This document shows positions 37,501 through 45,116 of a stretch of DNA of 64,000 nucleotides, one piece after another. Position 1 is the first letter of the stretch, and each line of letters starts with the position of its first letter. The notes under the pieces are model-generated. The model saw only the letters and a program-made list of their open reading frames with translations, was not told the origin of the DNA and ran no database searches. A program made the position numbers and the translations under genes. Location of the stretch: assembly GCA_964645775.1 (NCBI GenBank), contig CAZYBU010000005.1, positions 13,339 to 77,338 on the forward strand, read 5' to 3'. The DNA comes from an uncultured Leptospirales bacterium (lineage in GTDB: Bacteria > Spirochaetota > UBA4802 > UBA5550).

Positions 37501-37595
37501 CAGAAAAAAACCTTTCTGTTTGTCACACGGAACCGACGGCCTCGGGCAGGGAAGAGACATGGATTATCCTCTATCGGCGCAGGGAAGGAGAATGA
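34563..37595 (+). CDS. MMPL/RND-type exporter fused to a C-terminal SAM-dependent methyltransferase (ApeM + ApeB-like)
   Basis: About 800 aa with two clusters of 5-6 TM helices separated by soluble loops. This is followed by VILDIGCGYGVPSSW (SAM motif I) and ILLVDVIHYLDDEE. Confidence 0.75.
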   Translation: MIMTRRKRVFLLSIIMAVLAGALLLVLTRLQVESNLISSLPGNDPVLKHSREIFQANPIQNVALVSLTLTGSDPGILHDAAEEVKEKMYGSGLFRSVGVEEMGESFTEMLFYTARNLPILFSEEELKKAKPNLEKEKVRLRVREIYRELTGFGGIGQGELISRDPLQLRHLQLKKMAGLLPVGDVRYREGNLVSSDGRHLLVIARTSPEKGEPLEVDSFLNDLKNDLERKYDILVHHAGAYRASADNESMIRADVRRAVMIATVCIILLLVFSFPRPWIGLLALLPALSGILLAMAIFALFGIPLSLIAIGFGGAIVSISVDHGVAYILFLDRPYRTEGKRVARYVRNLGLLAVITSVGAFFFLGVSGFRVFSQIGQFAALGILFSFISLHLFFPVLVPSLPPAKRSRSVLLQRLTLHIDLKRLFPLLAGLTLIFASVILFRPPHFAADIRSMNSLRPDTLKAEEAIQETWGDWGRSGYLMIRAEDTLILREKNDRIHDIACQVGVRPALLTTDFFPSMDVRRKNLASWKEFWNRERREELRRTFSRAAREEGLRASVFEPFFEKLKDPEIKEIRIDDEMLDLFGVRKEGDGLVQYVPVQAESKEKAFEFFNGISKMEGVRYYDPGLFTERLSRSLARGFFLVLGLVAAGVTIFLFFYFLDIRLLLLSLAPVFFALLATMAILSLTGGRLGLPALMLSVVIFGMGIDYSLYYIRSFQFSGSEREETLGLIRLTILVAGASTFFGFASLSFSSHALLENAGIVTGLGIAGTLVSTLIIVPWGLEKIESSRNHKSIDTVEPGSRKHRTLTLKRYSGLEAGVRLFARFKMILDPMFPRLLDFIGDGRVILDIGCGYGVPSSWLMTVMPEIRVYGIDPDDMRVRAASRAWEGRGVARVGSAPSLPEEGGRADTILLVDVIHYLDDEECSRLFENCARRLHGGGRVVIRVTVPLEGKRTFFRFMEDLAGKPTVFRSVAHITRMASEKNLSVCHTEPTASGREETWIILYRRREGE
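35849..35859. repeat. GGGTCWGACCC palindrome copy (W=T)
   Basis: Exact 11-mer in the MMPL gene, decoded G-L-T. Confidence 0.95.
36076..36086. repeat. GGGTCWGACCC palindrome copy (W=A)
   Basis: Exact 11-mer in the MMPL gene, decoded G-V-R-P. Confidence 0.95.
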
Positions 37596-38461
37596 GAATA
37601 GCCTTTTATACTATCCTGGTCTTCCTCTCCAGGTTCCTGGGTACATGGATACTGGATGCGGGCATCCTCGTGGTAACAGCCGGGTTCTTTATCTTATTCC
37701 CGGGACGAGTCAAAAACAGCATCCGTTTTTTTCAGAGAGTTGAACCGGACCGCTCCTTTTTGCATTATCTCTCCCTGGCCTGGAAACAGTTTCAGGCCTT
37801 CTCTTCCATTTTCAAGAACCGGATCGTACTGGAGAAGGGTGAGGTATCGTGGGAGAGCGAAGGCATGGAATACCTTCAACATGCGTTGGAGGAAGGGAAA
37901 GGGGCTATCCTTCTGATGTCCCATTACGGAAACTGGGAGATGGCCGCCCATCTGCTCCGAAACCAGGTGGAGGGTCTGACCCTCTTCATGGGAGAGAAGA
38001 AAGACGAGAAACTTGAAAGGCCTCAGAAGGAACACCTTGGGAAGAACAGGGTCGAGGTTGTTGCCGTACCGGAAATGGAGAACAATCCTTTTCAGCTTAT
38101 CGACGCCCTTACGGTCCTGAAGAGAGGCGAGATTCTTTCCCTGACGGGAGACCGGCTCCGGGGAGAGGATGACCGAAGTCTGACGGTCGACTTCCTGGGA
38201 GGTAAAATCAAGGTACCTGAAGGTCCTCATCTCCTGGCCCGGCTGAGCGGGGCCCCTCTTCTTGTTTTTTTTGCAAGGATCCGGGAGGATGGAGGATTGT
38301 ATTTCCGGTTTTACCGGCCCTGTCACGTGCCAAACTCGGGAAAAAAGGAGAGGGAAAAGGTCATTCGAGAATCAGCCCTGCGATACGTGGAACTGCTGGA
38401 GGAGCAGGTACGGGAATCACCATGGAACTGGTTTCATTTTGAGAATGTTTTTATCGATTGA
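37592..38461 (+). CDS. LpxL/HtrB-type lysophospholipid/lipid A acyltransferase (ApeD-like)
   Basis: N-terminal TM segment and the MSHYGNWE catalytic motif. ATGA overlap with the exporter stop. Confidence 0.7.
   Translation: MRIAFYTILVFLSRFLGTWILDAGILVVTAGFFILFPGRVKNSIRFFQRVEPDRSFLHYLSLAWKQFQAFSSIFKNRIVLEKGEVSWESEGMEYLQHALEEGKGAILLMSHYGNWEMAAHLLRNQVEGLTLFMGEKKDEKLERPQKEHLGKNRVEVVAVPEMENNPFQLIDALTVLKRGEILSLTGDRLRGEDDRSLTVDFLGGKIKVPEGPHLLARLSGAPLLVFFARIREDGGLYFRFYRPCHVPNSGKKEREKVIRESALRYVELLEEQVRESPWNWFHFENVFID
37972..37982. repeat. GGGTCWGACCC palindrome copy (W=T)
   Basis: Exact 11-mer in the LpxL-type acyltransferase gene, decoded G-L-T. Extends to the 15-bp palindrome GAGGGTCTGACCCTC. Confidence 0.95.
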
Positions 38462-38651
38462 CCGGCTGTCCGCGCTTTTACTTCGGAATGTGCTTGAATT
38501 CATACCCCGCTGTGAAAAAATTGTAACAGACCTGTTTCCATGGTTGTCCCTCTGTCATCAGACGTCACAGACAAGGGGTATCCGTTCGTCATGACCTGGA
38601 ACAGAGTAAAGGACAACCCGGGGAACGGAGGCCGTGCAAGGAGCATAAAGT

Positions 38652-38894
38652 ATGAAAACATCGGAAATATTTGACAAGATAAAAGATTTTTTCATGGAAG
38701 AATTCGAGATCGAAGAGGAACTGATCACTATGGATGCGGGTCTTTTCACGGACCTGGGGCTGGACAGTATTGACGCCCTGGACATGGTGGGTATGCTCGA
38801 ATCTAATTATGATATTGAAGTGAAAGAGAACGAAATTAAAAATATACGCACAATTCGAGACGTGGTACAATTTATATCCGGAAAGGTTGCATGA
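38652..38894 (+). CDS. Acyl carrier protein
   Basis: 80 aa with the phosphopantetheine site LGLDSIDALDMV. Confidence 0.85.
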   Translation: MKTSEIFDKIKDFFMEEFEIEEELITMDAGLFTDLGLDSIDALDMVGMLESNYDIEVKENEIKNIRTIRDVVQFISGKVA

Positions 38895-39238
38895 GCACAG
38901 ACAGGGGATACGCGTTGACGAATCTCTCAAGGCAGGATGGGTCGTTGCGGGCCCGGGTCGATATCCCGGCCCATTCTTTCTGGTTTGACGGTCACTTCCC
39001 GGGGGAACCCATACTCCCCGGGGTAGCGCAGATCATGATGGTACGGGATGTCATACTGGCCGGTTTCTCGCCTCCAGGTGAGTCCTTTTCTCTGAAACGG
39101 ATTAAGTTCAACCGGATTGTCCAGCCTGATGCCTGCCTGGATGTTCTGGTGGAGAAGAAGAGAGATTCCATGTATTCCTTCTCGCTTGCTACGGAAGGTG
39201 AGACCGTCTCGAGCGGGTTCATGGAGTTTGACCTGTGA
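38891..39238 (+). CDS. Hot-dog fold dehydratase (FabA/FabZ-like; ApeI-like)
   Basis: FDGHFPGEPILPGVAQIMM motif. ATGA overlap with the ACP stop. Confidence 0.7.
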   Translation: MSTDRGYALTNLSRQDGSLRARVDIPAHSFWFDGHFPGEPILPGVAQIMMVRDVILAGFSPPGESFSLKRIKFNRIVQPDACLDVLVEKKRDSMYSFSLATEGETVSSGFMEFDL

Positions 39239-39813
39239 TTACGGCCGCTGTCTCTCTGGCCGCATACCTCGCCGGGTCCATTAATGTATCGATTATCCTT
39301 TTTCGTATACTGGGATGGAAGGATCCCAGGGAGGCCTTCAGCGGAAATCCCGGGGTCACTAATGTCTACCGTATCAAGGGACCGGTATTTGCGGGTATAA
39401 TCCTGCTTCTGGACCTGGGCCGCTCTTTCCTTGTGGCATGGGGGGCGTCCCTTTTTCTTCCCCTTCACCTTGTTCCGGCGGCCGGCCTGGCCCTTATGAT
39501 CGGTAACCGTTATCCCTGCTTCCACGGTTTCAGGGGAGGGAAAGGCGTCTCGGCCTTTATAGGGTTTACTCTTTACGCCCATCCTCTCTTCGCGGCCGCT
39601 TCCATGGCGCTCTGGGTTATGATCTACGGTATTATACGTATACCCTTTATCGCTTCCTTCGGTATGTCCCTGGCCCTCATGACCGGTCTTTTCCTTTACG
39701 TGGCGATGGACCCAGTGGGGGTGCTCCTGGCCTTTCACATGCTTGTGCTTGTGGTAATGAATCACAGAGGAAACATCCTCGCCCTCATTAACCGGAGAAG
39801 CGAAGAAGCATGA
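39235..39813 (+). CDS. plsY: PlsY-family acyl-phosphate:glycerol-3-phosphate acyltransferase paralog
   Basis: AAYLAGSIN, SGNPGVTNVYR and FRGGKGVSAFIG motifs. The conserved His of the G-H-x-F-P motif reads Asn here (IGNRYPCF). GTGA overlap with the dehydratase stop. Confidence 0.75.
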   Translation: MITAAVSLAAYLAGSINVSIILFRILGWKDPREAFSGNPGVTNVYRIKGPVFAGIILLLDLGRSFLVAWGASLFLPLHLVPAAGLALMIGNRYPCFHGFRGGKGVSAFIGFTLYAHPLFAAASMALWVMIYGIIRIPFIASFGMSLALMTGLFLYVAMDPVGVLLAFHMLVLVVMNHRGNILALINRRSEEA

Positions 39814-39816
39814 TTG

Positions 39817-40728
39817 TCATTCTCCCTTCAGATCCTGTTCTCCTGTCACTATCTCTATCCCCTTCAGGGTCCGTTTAAGAAGCCCGGAGAGAACACGGCC
39901 CGGTCCGCACTCGATAAAGGTTCTCCCTCCTTCCGCGTAAGCCCGGATGACCGTTTTTTCCCACTGTACCGGGCTGTGGAGCTGTAGAATCAGCTTCTCC
40001 CGGATCTTTTCCGGGTCCTCCTCCGGTTCACCTGTTACGTTATCGATGAAAAGGGTAGCCGGCTGTTTGAACGTGTACCCTTTCAAAAAGATCCCGAATT
40101 CCCCGGCCACAGGTTCCATGATCGTGGAATGAAAAGGAGCGGAGACCTTCAGCTCCCGGCCGATTCCCAGTTTGTCACGGTTTATCCTCTCTTCAATTTC
40201 CCGGATCGCTTCCCTTCGACCGGTAAGGACGAACTGGTCAGGGGAATTGTAATTAGCCACCTCCAGAATTCCGGGGCCGTATTCTTCCGTGATGATATTG
40301 AGAACGGCTTCAAGGTTTCCCCTCAAAACAGCCAGCATTCCGCCCGGTCTCTTCTCCGAAGCCCCTGCCATGAGCTCTCCCCGCTTTCGGACAATGTTCA
40401 GGCCGTCTTCCAGGTCGAGAACGCCGGCCTGGACAAGAGCGGTATACTCGCCCAGGGAATGGCCCGCCACGATGGCCGGGGGACCGTGTTTCGCTTCTGC
40501 TCTCCGTCCGTAAAGAAAACCCATAAGAAGAAGGGCTGGCTGTGTGTTCTCCGTTCGGATAAGCTCCTCCTCAGGCCCCTTCTCCATGAGGTCTGTCAAC
40601 CCGGTTCCCAGAACCTCATCCGCCATGGCGAGGATACCTTTCTCGTTCTCCGAGAGGGGAGCCGCCGTCGAAATCATTCCGACATACTGAGATCCCTGGC
40701 CGGGAAAAATATTCACTGTCCCTTTCAT
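39817..40728 (-). CDS. fabD: Malonyl-CoA:ACP transacylase
   Basis: FPGQGSQYVGM and the GHSLGEY active-site serine motif. Confidence 0.9.
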   Translation of the reverse strand: MKGTVNIFPGQGSQYVGMISTAAPLSENEKGILAMADEVLGTGLTDLMEKGPEEELIRTENTQPALLLMGFLYGRRAEAKHGPPAIVAGHSLGEYTALVQAGVLDLEDGLNIVRKRGELMAGASEKRPGGMLAVLRGNLEAVLNIITEEYGPGILEVANYNSPDQFVLTGRREAIREIEERINRDKLGIGRELKVSAPFHSTIMEPVAGEFGIFLKGYTFKQPATLFIDNVTGEPEEDPEKIREKLILQLHSPVQWEKTVIRAYAEGGRTFIECGPGRVLSGLLKRTLKGIEIVTGEQDLKGE

Positions 40729-40736
40729 GCGCTACC

Positions 40737-42086
40737 TCATTCCGATTCTTTCAGGATTTCCAACACTCTCTTCCGGTCAATCTTTCCCGTGGCGAGGAGG
40801 GGAAACTGCTCCACGATACGTATCCTCCGTATATGGGGACCGGCCATAAGGGTTCGGTTTATCCGGCCACGCGCTTCAGTCAGGCTGAGCTTTGACTGGA
40901 TTACGCAGGCTGGTTCATTATCTTCCCTGTTATGCGTTCTTATTATGGCCGCGTGGCACTCTTCGATGCCGTCGATTCCGCGGATCTTCTCTTCCAGCTC
41001 AGCGAGGTCTATCCTCCTGCCGGCAACCTTGACAATGGAATCGGACCTGCCGAGAAGGCGGAACTGTCCGGGAGAAGCCGTAATCGCCTCCACCCTGTCA
41101 TTGCTGGTAAAGAAACCCTCGCTGTCTGCCGGCAGGTCCGGGGAGAGGAAGGGGGACCGGACACTGAGTCTCTCGTCCTGGATATGCAAGTCGATGAGAT
41201 CAAAGGCCCTGAAGACCTCGTCTCCCGGGTGCTGGACCCTCCAGGCGATACCGCCGGTCTCCGTGGAACCGAATATCTCGGTAACCGGAACCCCGGTCGC
41301 CTCATAAAAGGCCCGGGATTCTCCCTCCGGCAGAGGTGCGGCCGATGAGAGGGCCAGGCGGAGCGAGGGCATTACCGGATTCGAACGGTTCAACAGTCGG
41401 TAAATCGATGGGGTGGCCACGAGTACGTTCCCTTTCTTCTCCCGGCCGGCCCGGATGATTTCCCCCGGGAAGATCAGAACCTCACCGGCCACGGGACACC
41501 CTCCCAGAAGGGGGAGGAAGACCGTGAAAAGAAGACCGTAGATATGATAGGGTGGAACGGATGGTATTATAATGTCGTCAGGAGAGACTCCGAGAAAGGA
41601 TACCTGGAAAAGGATTTCAGTCAGTATATTGGCCGGTGTTTTGCTCCAGATCCGGGCCGTGCCTGTTGAGCCTCCCGTGAAAAGATTGAGAAAACGTCTG
41701 TCAGGATCGATTCTTCCCGGGGTATTCCCGGCAACCTCTTCCTTAAATGGCTGAATCAGGGTCAGACCCTCCAGAGGTATGCTCTCCCGGTCAGTAACCA
41801 CAATTCTCTTCCCTGTGAAGGAAAAGGCCTCCTCCAGAATTTCCGGTGTCATGGAATGGGGAAGTATAATCTCCGCTTCTCCGGCCATGGAGGCGACCAG
41901 GACGGCGGCCATGAGTTCCTTCGACTCCGTGTAGAGGCAGATCCGGTCTTTCCCGTAAGGGGCCAGGAGTTCTCCTGTCCGCACCGCAAGTTCCCTGATC
42001 TGGCCCCGGGTTGCGCCTCCCTGGATAAAGGGCGACTGTTCCGGGTACTCACCGAAAAGGGCGTCAACTGTTACTGGCAGGTTCAT
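40737..42086 (-). CDS. AMP-dependent synthetase/ligase (aryl-acid activating; ApeH-like)
   Basis: FTGGSTGTARIW (P-loop-like) and FGSTETGGIAWR motifs. ATG 42086 preferred, whereas the track start is 42152. Confidence 0.7.
   Translation of the reverse strand: MNLPVTVDALFGEYPEQSPFIQGGATRGQIRELAVRTGELLAPYGKDRICLYTESKELMAAVLVASMAGEAEIILPHSMTPEILEEAFSFTGKRIVVTDRESIPLEGLTLIQPFKEEVAGNTPGRIDPDRRFLNLFTGGSTGTARIWSKTPANILTEILFQVSFLGVSPDDIIIPSVPPYHIYGLLFTVFLPLLGGCPVAGEVLIFPGEIIRAGREKKGNVLVATPSIYRLLNRSNPVMPSLRLALSSAAPLPEGESRAFYEATGVPVTEIFGSTETGGIAWRVQHPGDEVFRAFDLIDLHIQDERLSVRSPFLSPDLPADSEGFFTSNDRVEAITASPGQFRLLGRSDSIVKVAGRRIDLAELEEKIRGIDGIEECHAAIIRTHNREDNEPACVIQSKLSLTEARGRINRTLMAGPHIRRIRIVEQFPLLATGKIDRKRVLEILKESE
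41759..41769. repeat. GGGTCWGACCC palindrome copy (W=A)
   Basis: Exact 11-mer in the AMP-ligase gene, decoded G-L-T. Confidence 0.95.
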
Positions 42087-42864
42087 TCTTTTCCTTCTGC
42101 CGTTCTGACCGGTATTCTTCAAGTATCTTCTTGCTTTTTTCCGCCAGTTCATCAGGGGATGATCTTTTGTTTCCCTGCCCGGGATTCAATGTCTCCACGT
42201 ATTCAAGTTCTATTCGGCGGGGCCGGCAGAGTGTTAAGAAAAAGGTGCCGGGAGAAAAGACCTCGCCGCTTCCTGAGATGTGGAGAATGTGGATGGGCAC
42301 GCCCGATCTTCTGGCAAGCTTGAAGGCGCCCTCATTGAATGGGGCGATGCTGCCGTCCCTGCTCCGCGTCCCCTCGGGGAAGATAAAAAGGATTCCTCCC
42401 TCCTGGAAGAACCTGTCCAGGCTTTCCACGCTTTTCCGCACGCTCTTTTTCATCATGCCGTCCATGCGTGAGGGAATATAACCGGAGCCGTGTATAAGGG
42501 TTCCGAAAAAAGGGACCCGGAAAAAGTCGTGACGGGAGATGGTTTTCTGTTTTTTAAAGAGAGAGAGAAGCAGGATCGGGTCCAGGTAGGAGAGATGATT
42601 ACATACGACGACGGAGGAGTCGAGCCTCCGGATTTTTTCGTCGATACTGATCTCCACCCTGGATATCGCCTGCAGGAGCGCGAAAAAGATATGGAAGAAG
42701 CGATGGTTAAGTCCCTGGAACAGCTTCTCTCTCCGGGAAAACCGGAACCAGGACACGAGATAAAAAGGAAAGAAGAGAATAAGGAACCCGAAAAGGAAGA
42801 AGCCCCAGATTAAAAGGGTGCCGAAACGGTTATGCAGATTGCAGAGGAGTCCTCTTCGTTCCAA
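42064..42864 (-). CDS. plsC: PlsC-type 1-acyl-sn-glycerol-3-phosphate acyltransferase
   Basis: N-terminal TM segments, an HX4D motif in VVCNHLSYLDP, and FPEGTRSRDG. Confidence 0.8.
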   Translation of the reverse strand: MERRGLLCNLHNRFGTLLIWGFFLFGFLILFFPFYLVSWFRFSRREKLFQGLNHRFFHIFFALLQAISRVEISIDEKIRRLDSSVVVCNHLSYLDPILLLSLFKKQKTISRHDFFRVPFFGTLIHGSGYIPSRMDGMMKKSVRKSVESLDRFFQEGGILFIFPEGTRSRDGSIAPFNEGAFKLARRSGVPIHILHISGSGEVFSPGTFFLTLCRPRRIELEYVETLNPGQGNKRSSPDELAEKSKKILEEYRSERQKEKNEPASNS

Positions 42865-42874
42865 TCATTTCTCC

Positions 42875-43492
42875 TTACCGGGTTTCCGGGATGTCCGGTT
42901 TCGTGAAGAGTGTGTCTTTCAGTGAGACGTTCAGTTCGACCGAAGAGAACCGGATGGTAGTTCCGCTCCCTTCCTTCTCCATGATCATGATACCTGAGAT
43001 TATTCCTTTCCTGGGAGAGAGTGTGAGAAGAATCTTCTCAATAAAACGCCTGACCCGGGGTGAGGAGGCCCTGAGTGTGATAGTATCTCCTTCCAGGCTC
43101 GCCTGGAAATGGGGGTTCTCCCGGAAGTTTCCCTTCATCCACTCCAGGACATCGGAAAGGACACGTTCGATTCCATGGTGTGAAGTCGATTCTACGGGAA
43201 GGAATTCTCCATCCTGCTCCCTGAAATGCGTAAGCCTTCCTTCACTGAGAATGAGTACCTCCCTGACCGGGGAAAGGTATTCCCAGCGCAGGGAACCGGG
43301 ACTCCGGTAATAGAAGGTTCCCTTCATGATCACGTCCCGGCTTAAGAGGGGAGATTTTCTGATCTGGACAAAGCGCGCCCGGATAGATGAGATCGATGAG
43401 GTGGATTCCCGAATGCTCTCCCAGCTTTCCCGCCAGGCCTGAAGGGGTAGTGCGGACAGCAGACATATAACTACGATAATGGATTTTTTCAT
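42875..43492 (-). CDS. LolA-like lipoprotein-carrier-fold protein (ApeL-like)
   Basis: Signal peptide, then ARFVQIRKSPLLSRDVIMKGTFYYRSPGSLRWEY, which resembles the LolA signature. Confidence 0.65.
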   Translation of the reverse strand: MKKSIIVVICLLSALPLQAWRESWESIRESTSSISSIRARFVQIRKSPLLSRDVIMKGTFYYRSPGSLRWEYLSPVREVLILSEGRLTHFREQDGEFLPVESTSHHGIERVLSDVLEWMKGNFRENPHFQASLEGDTITLRASSPRVRRFIEKILLTLSPRKGIISGIMIMEKEGSGTTIRFSSVELNVSLKDTLFTKPDIPETR

Positions 43493-43496
43493 GGGG

Positions 43497-44228
43497 TCAG
43501 AGCATCCCGCCGTTTACGGAGATTGTCTGGCCGGTTATGTAGGATGCCTGTTCCGATGCCAGGAAAAGGGCCGCCCTGGCGACCTCCTCCGGTTGGCCGA
43601 TTCGACCCATGGGTATCATCTTCCTGATTTCATCAACCGGCGCGTCGGCTATCATCTCCGTGTCTATAAGGCCGGGGGCGATGACGTTCACCCGGATACC
43701 CAGGCGGGCCACTTCCGTGGCTACCGACCGGCTCGCTCCGATCAGCCCTGCCTTGGCCGCAGAATAGTTGGCCTGGCCCCGGTTCCCGGTCAGTCCCGAA
43801 ATAGAAGAGATGGTTATTATGGAACCCCTTTTTCTCCGTATCATACCCTTGAGGACCGGCCGGGTACAGTTATAGAATCCCCTGAGTGAAACGTTTATGA
43901 CCCGGTCCCACTCTTCGCCCGGCATCATGGCGAAAAGACCGTCCGCCGAAACTCCGGCGTTGTTTACCAGCAGGTCGAGGGAGTCCCGGTCCGAATGGAT
44001 TTTTTCCACGGACCTGCCTGCCGCTTCTTCGTCGGTCACGTCAAAGGGAAGCAGTTCCCCCTCACCTCCGGCTGATTTGATCAGTTCAAGGGTCTTTTCG
44101 GCTTCCGCCTGGTTGGATCGAAAGTTGACATAGACGTGATACCCATTAGCAGCCAGTTCCAGGGTGATAGCCCGGCCGATACCCCTGCTCCCCCCGGTTA
44201 CAAGCGCGCTTTTCCTTTCGTTACTCAT
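43497..44228 (-). CDS. fabG: 3-oxoacyl-ACP reductase (FabG-like; ApeQ-like)
   Basis: VTGGSRGIGRAI, NNAG, YSAAKAG, and the C-terminal GQTISVNGG. Confidence 0.9.
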   Translation of the reverse strand: MSNERKSALVTGGSRGIGRAITLELAANGYHVYVNFRSNQAEAEKTLELIKSAGGEGELLPFDVTDEEAAGRSVEKIHSDRDSLDLLVNNAGVSADGLFAMMPGEEWDRVINVSLRGFYNCTRPVLKGMIRRKRGSIITISSISGLTGNRGQANYSAAKAGLIGASRSVATEVARLGIRVNVIAPGLIDTEMIADAPVDEIRKMIPMGRIGQPEEVARAALFLASEQASYITGQTISVNGGML

Positions 44229-44246
44229 GACTGACTCCTTACCTTT

Positions 44247-44681
44247 TTACCCCTCCCGGTAATGTTCCGGTTTATATGCCTGAATGGTGATGTCAGCCAC
44301 GTGTTCTCCAGATTCTATGGTTGTCGTTCCGGTGGCCGTAAGGAAGACCTTCTCTCTGATTGTCACATCATCGACCCGGACGACAAGAAAATTTCCCACC
44401 GGAAGGGTCGACCGGGAAAAGCGGGCACTTTTAATACCCACGAGCCATCCTCTGCCTCCTGAACCCGGTTTCTCCTTCTCTTCCCAGCTCTGGAGAAAGC
44501 TGACGGTCTGGGCGAAGCATTCAACGGCGAGAAGGGATGGTGCCGATCCGTTCGTAACGGCAGGCCATTCCGGTCGGATCAGATTTTTGGAGATTACCCG
44601 GCCCGGCTCCACTTCGAGTATGGTATCCAGCAGCCTGAGCGTGTTTCTGTGGGAGATATAGTCTTCAATGAAAAAACTCAT
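44247..44681 (-). CDS. Hot-dog fold dehydratase (ApeP-like)
   Basis: A 144-aa ORF between the KR gene and the divergent ACP gene. The FabZ/MaoC-like fold is inferred from length, context and weak motifs. Confidence 0.6.
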   Translation of the reverse strand: MSFFIEDYISHRNTLRLLDTILEVEPGRVISKNLIRPEWPAVTNGSAPSLLAVECFAQTVSFLQSWEEKEKPGSGGRGWLVGIKSARFSRSTLPVGNFLVVRVDDVTIREKVFLTATGTTTIESGEHVADITIQAYKPEHYREG

Positions 44682-44731
44682 AGTATTTCATTTTCTCACG
44701 AAAAGGCTGTGTCAAATCATTTTTTGTTGAC

Positions 44732-44759
44732 TTGACAGTGTCCGCCTCTCCTTTACCAT
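44732..44759 (+). promoter_or_regulatory. Candidate promoter for the ACP / KS-CLF operon in the divergent intergenic region
   Basis: TTGACA (44732-44737), 16 nt, TACCAT (44754-44759). Confidence 0.3.
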
Positions 44760-44842
44760 GGGCTCAATCAGATTAAAGAAACTCTCACCTGAATCTCTGT
44801 AAGAGGCTCAGGCAGGATGTAATCGCAGAGGTATAACACCCG

Positions 44843-45106
44843 ATGGAATTGAATGAACTGAAGGAAGACCTTAAAACACGGATCATCGAGACCCTTAATC
44901 TGCCTGAGATCACCCCTGATGATATCCCGGAGGACGGTCAGCTCGTGGGGGGTGATCTGGGAATAGATTCCATAGACGTCCTGGAACTGGTCGTGATGAT
45001 TGATGAAACCTACGGTGTCCGGATCGAGACCAGGGAAGAAGGGGAGACGGTCTTACGTTCCCTCAACAGTCTCGCTGAACATATACACACATCCATGAAA
45101 GGATGA
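44843..45106 (+). CDS. Acyl carrier protein
   Basis: 87 aa with DLGIDSIDVLELVV. Confidence 0.85.
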   Translation: MELNELKEDLKTRIIETLNLPEITPDDIPEDGQLVGGDLGIDSIDVLELVVMIDETYGVRIETREEGETVLRSLNSLAEHIHTSMKG

Positions 45107-45116
45107 AACCGGTCCC

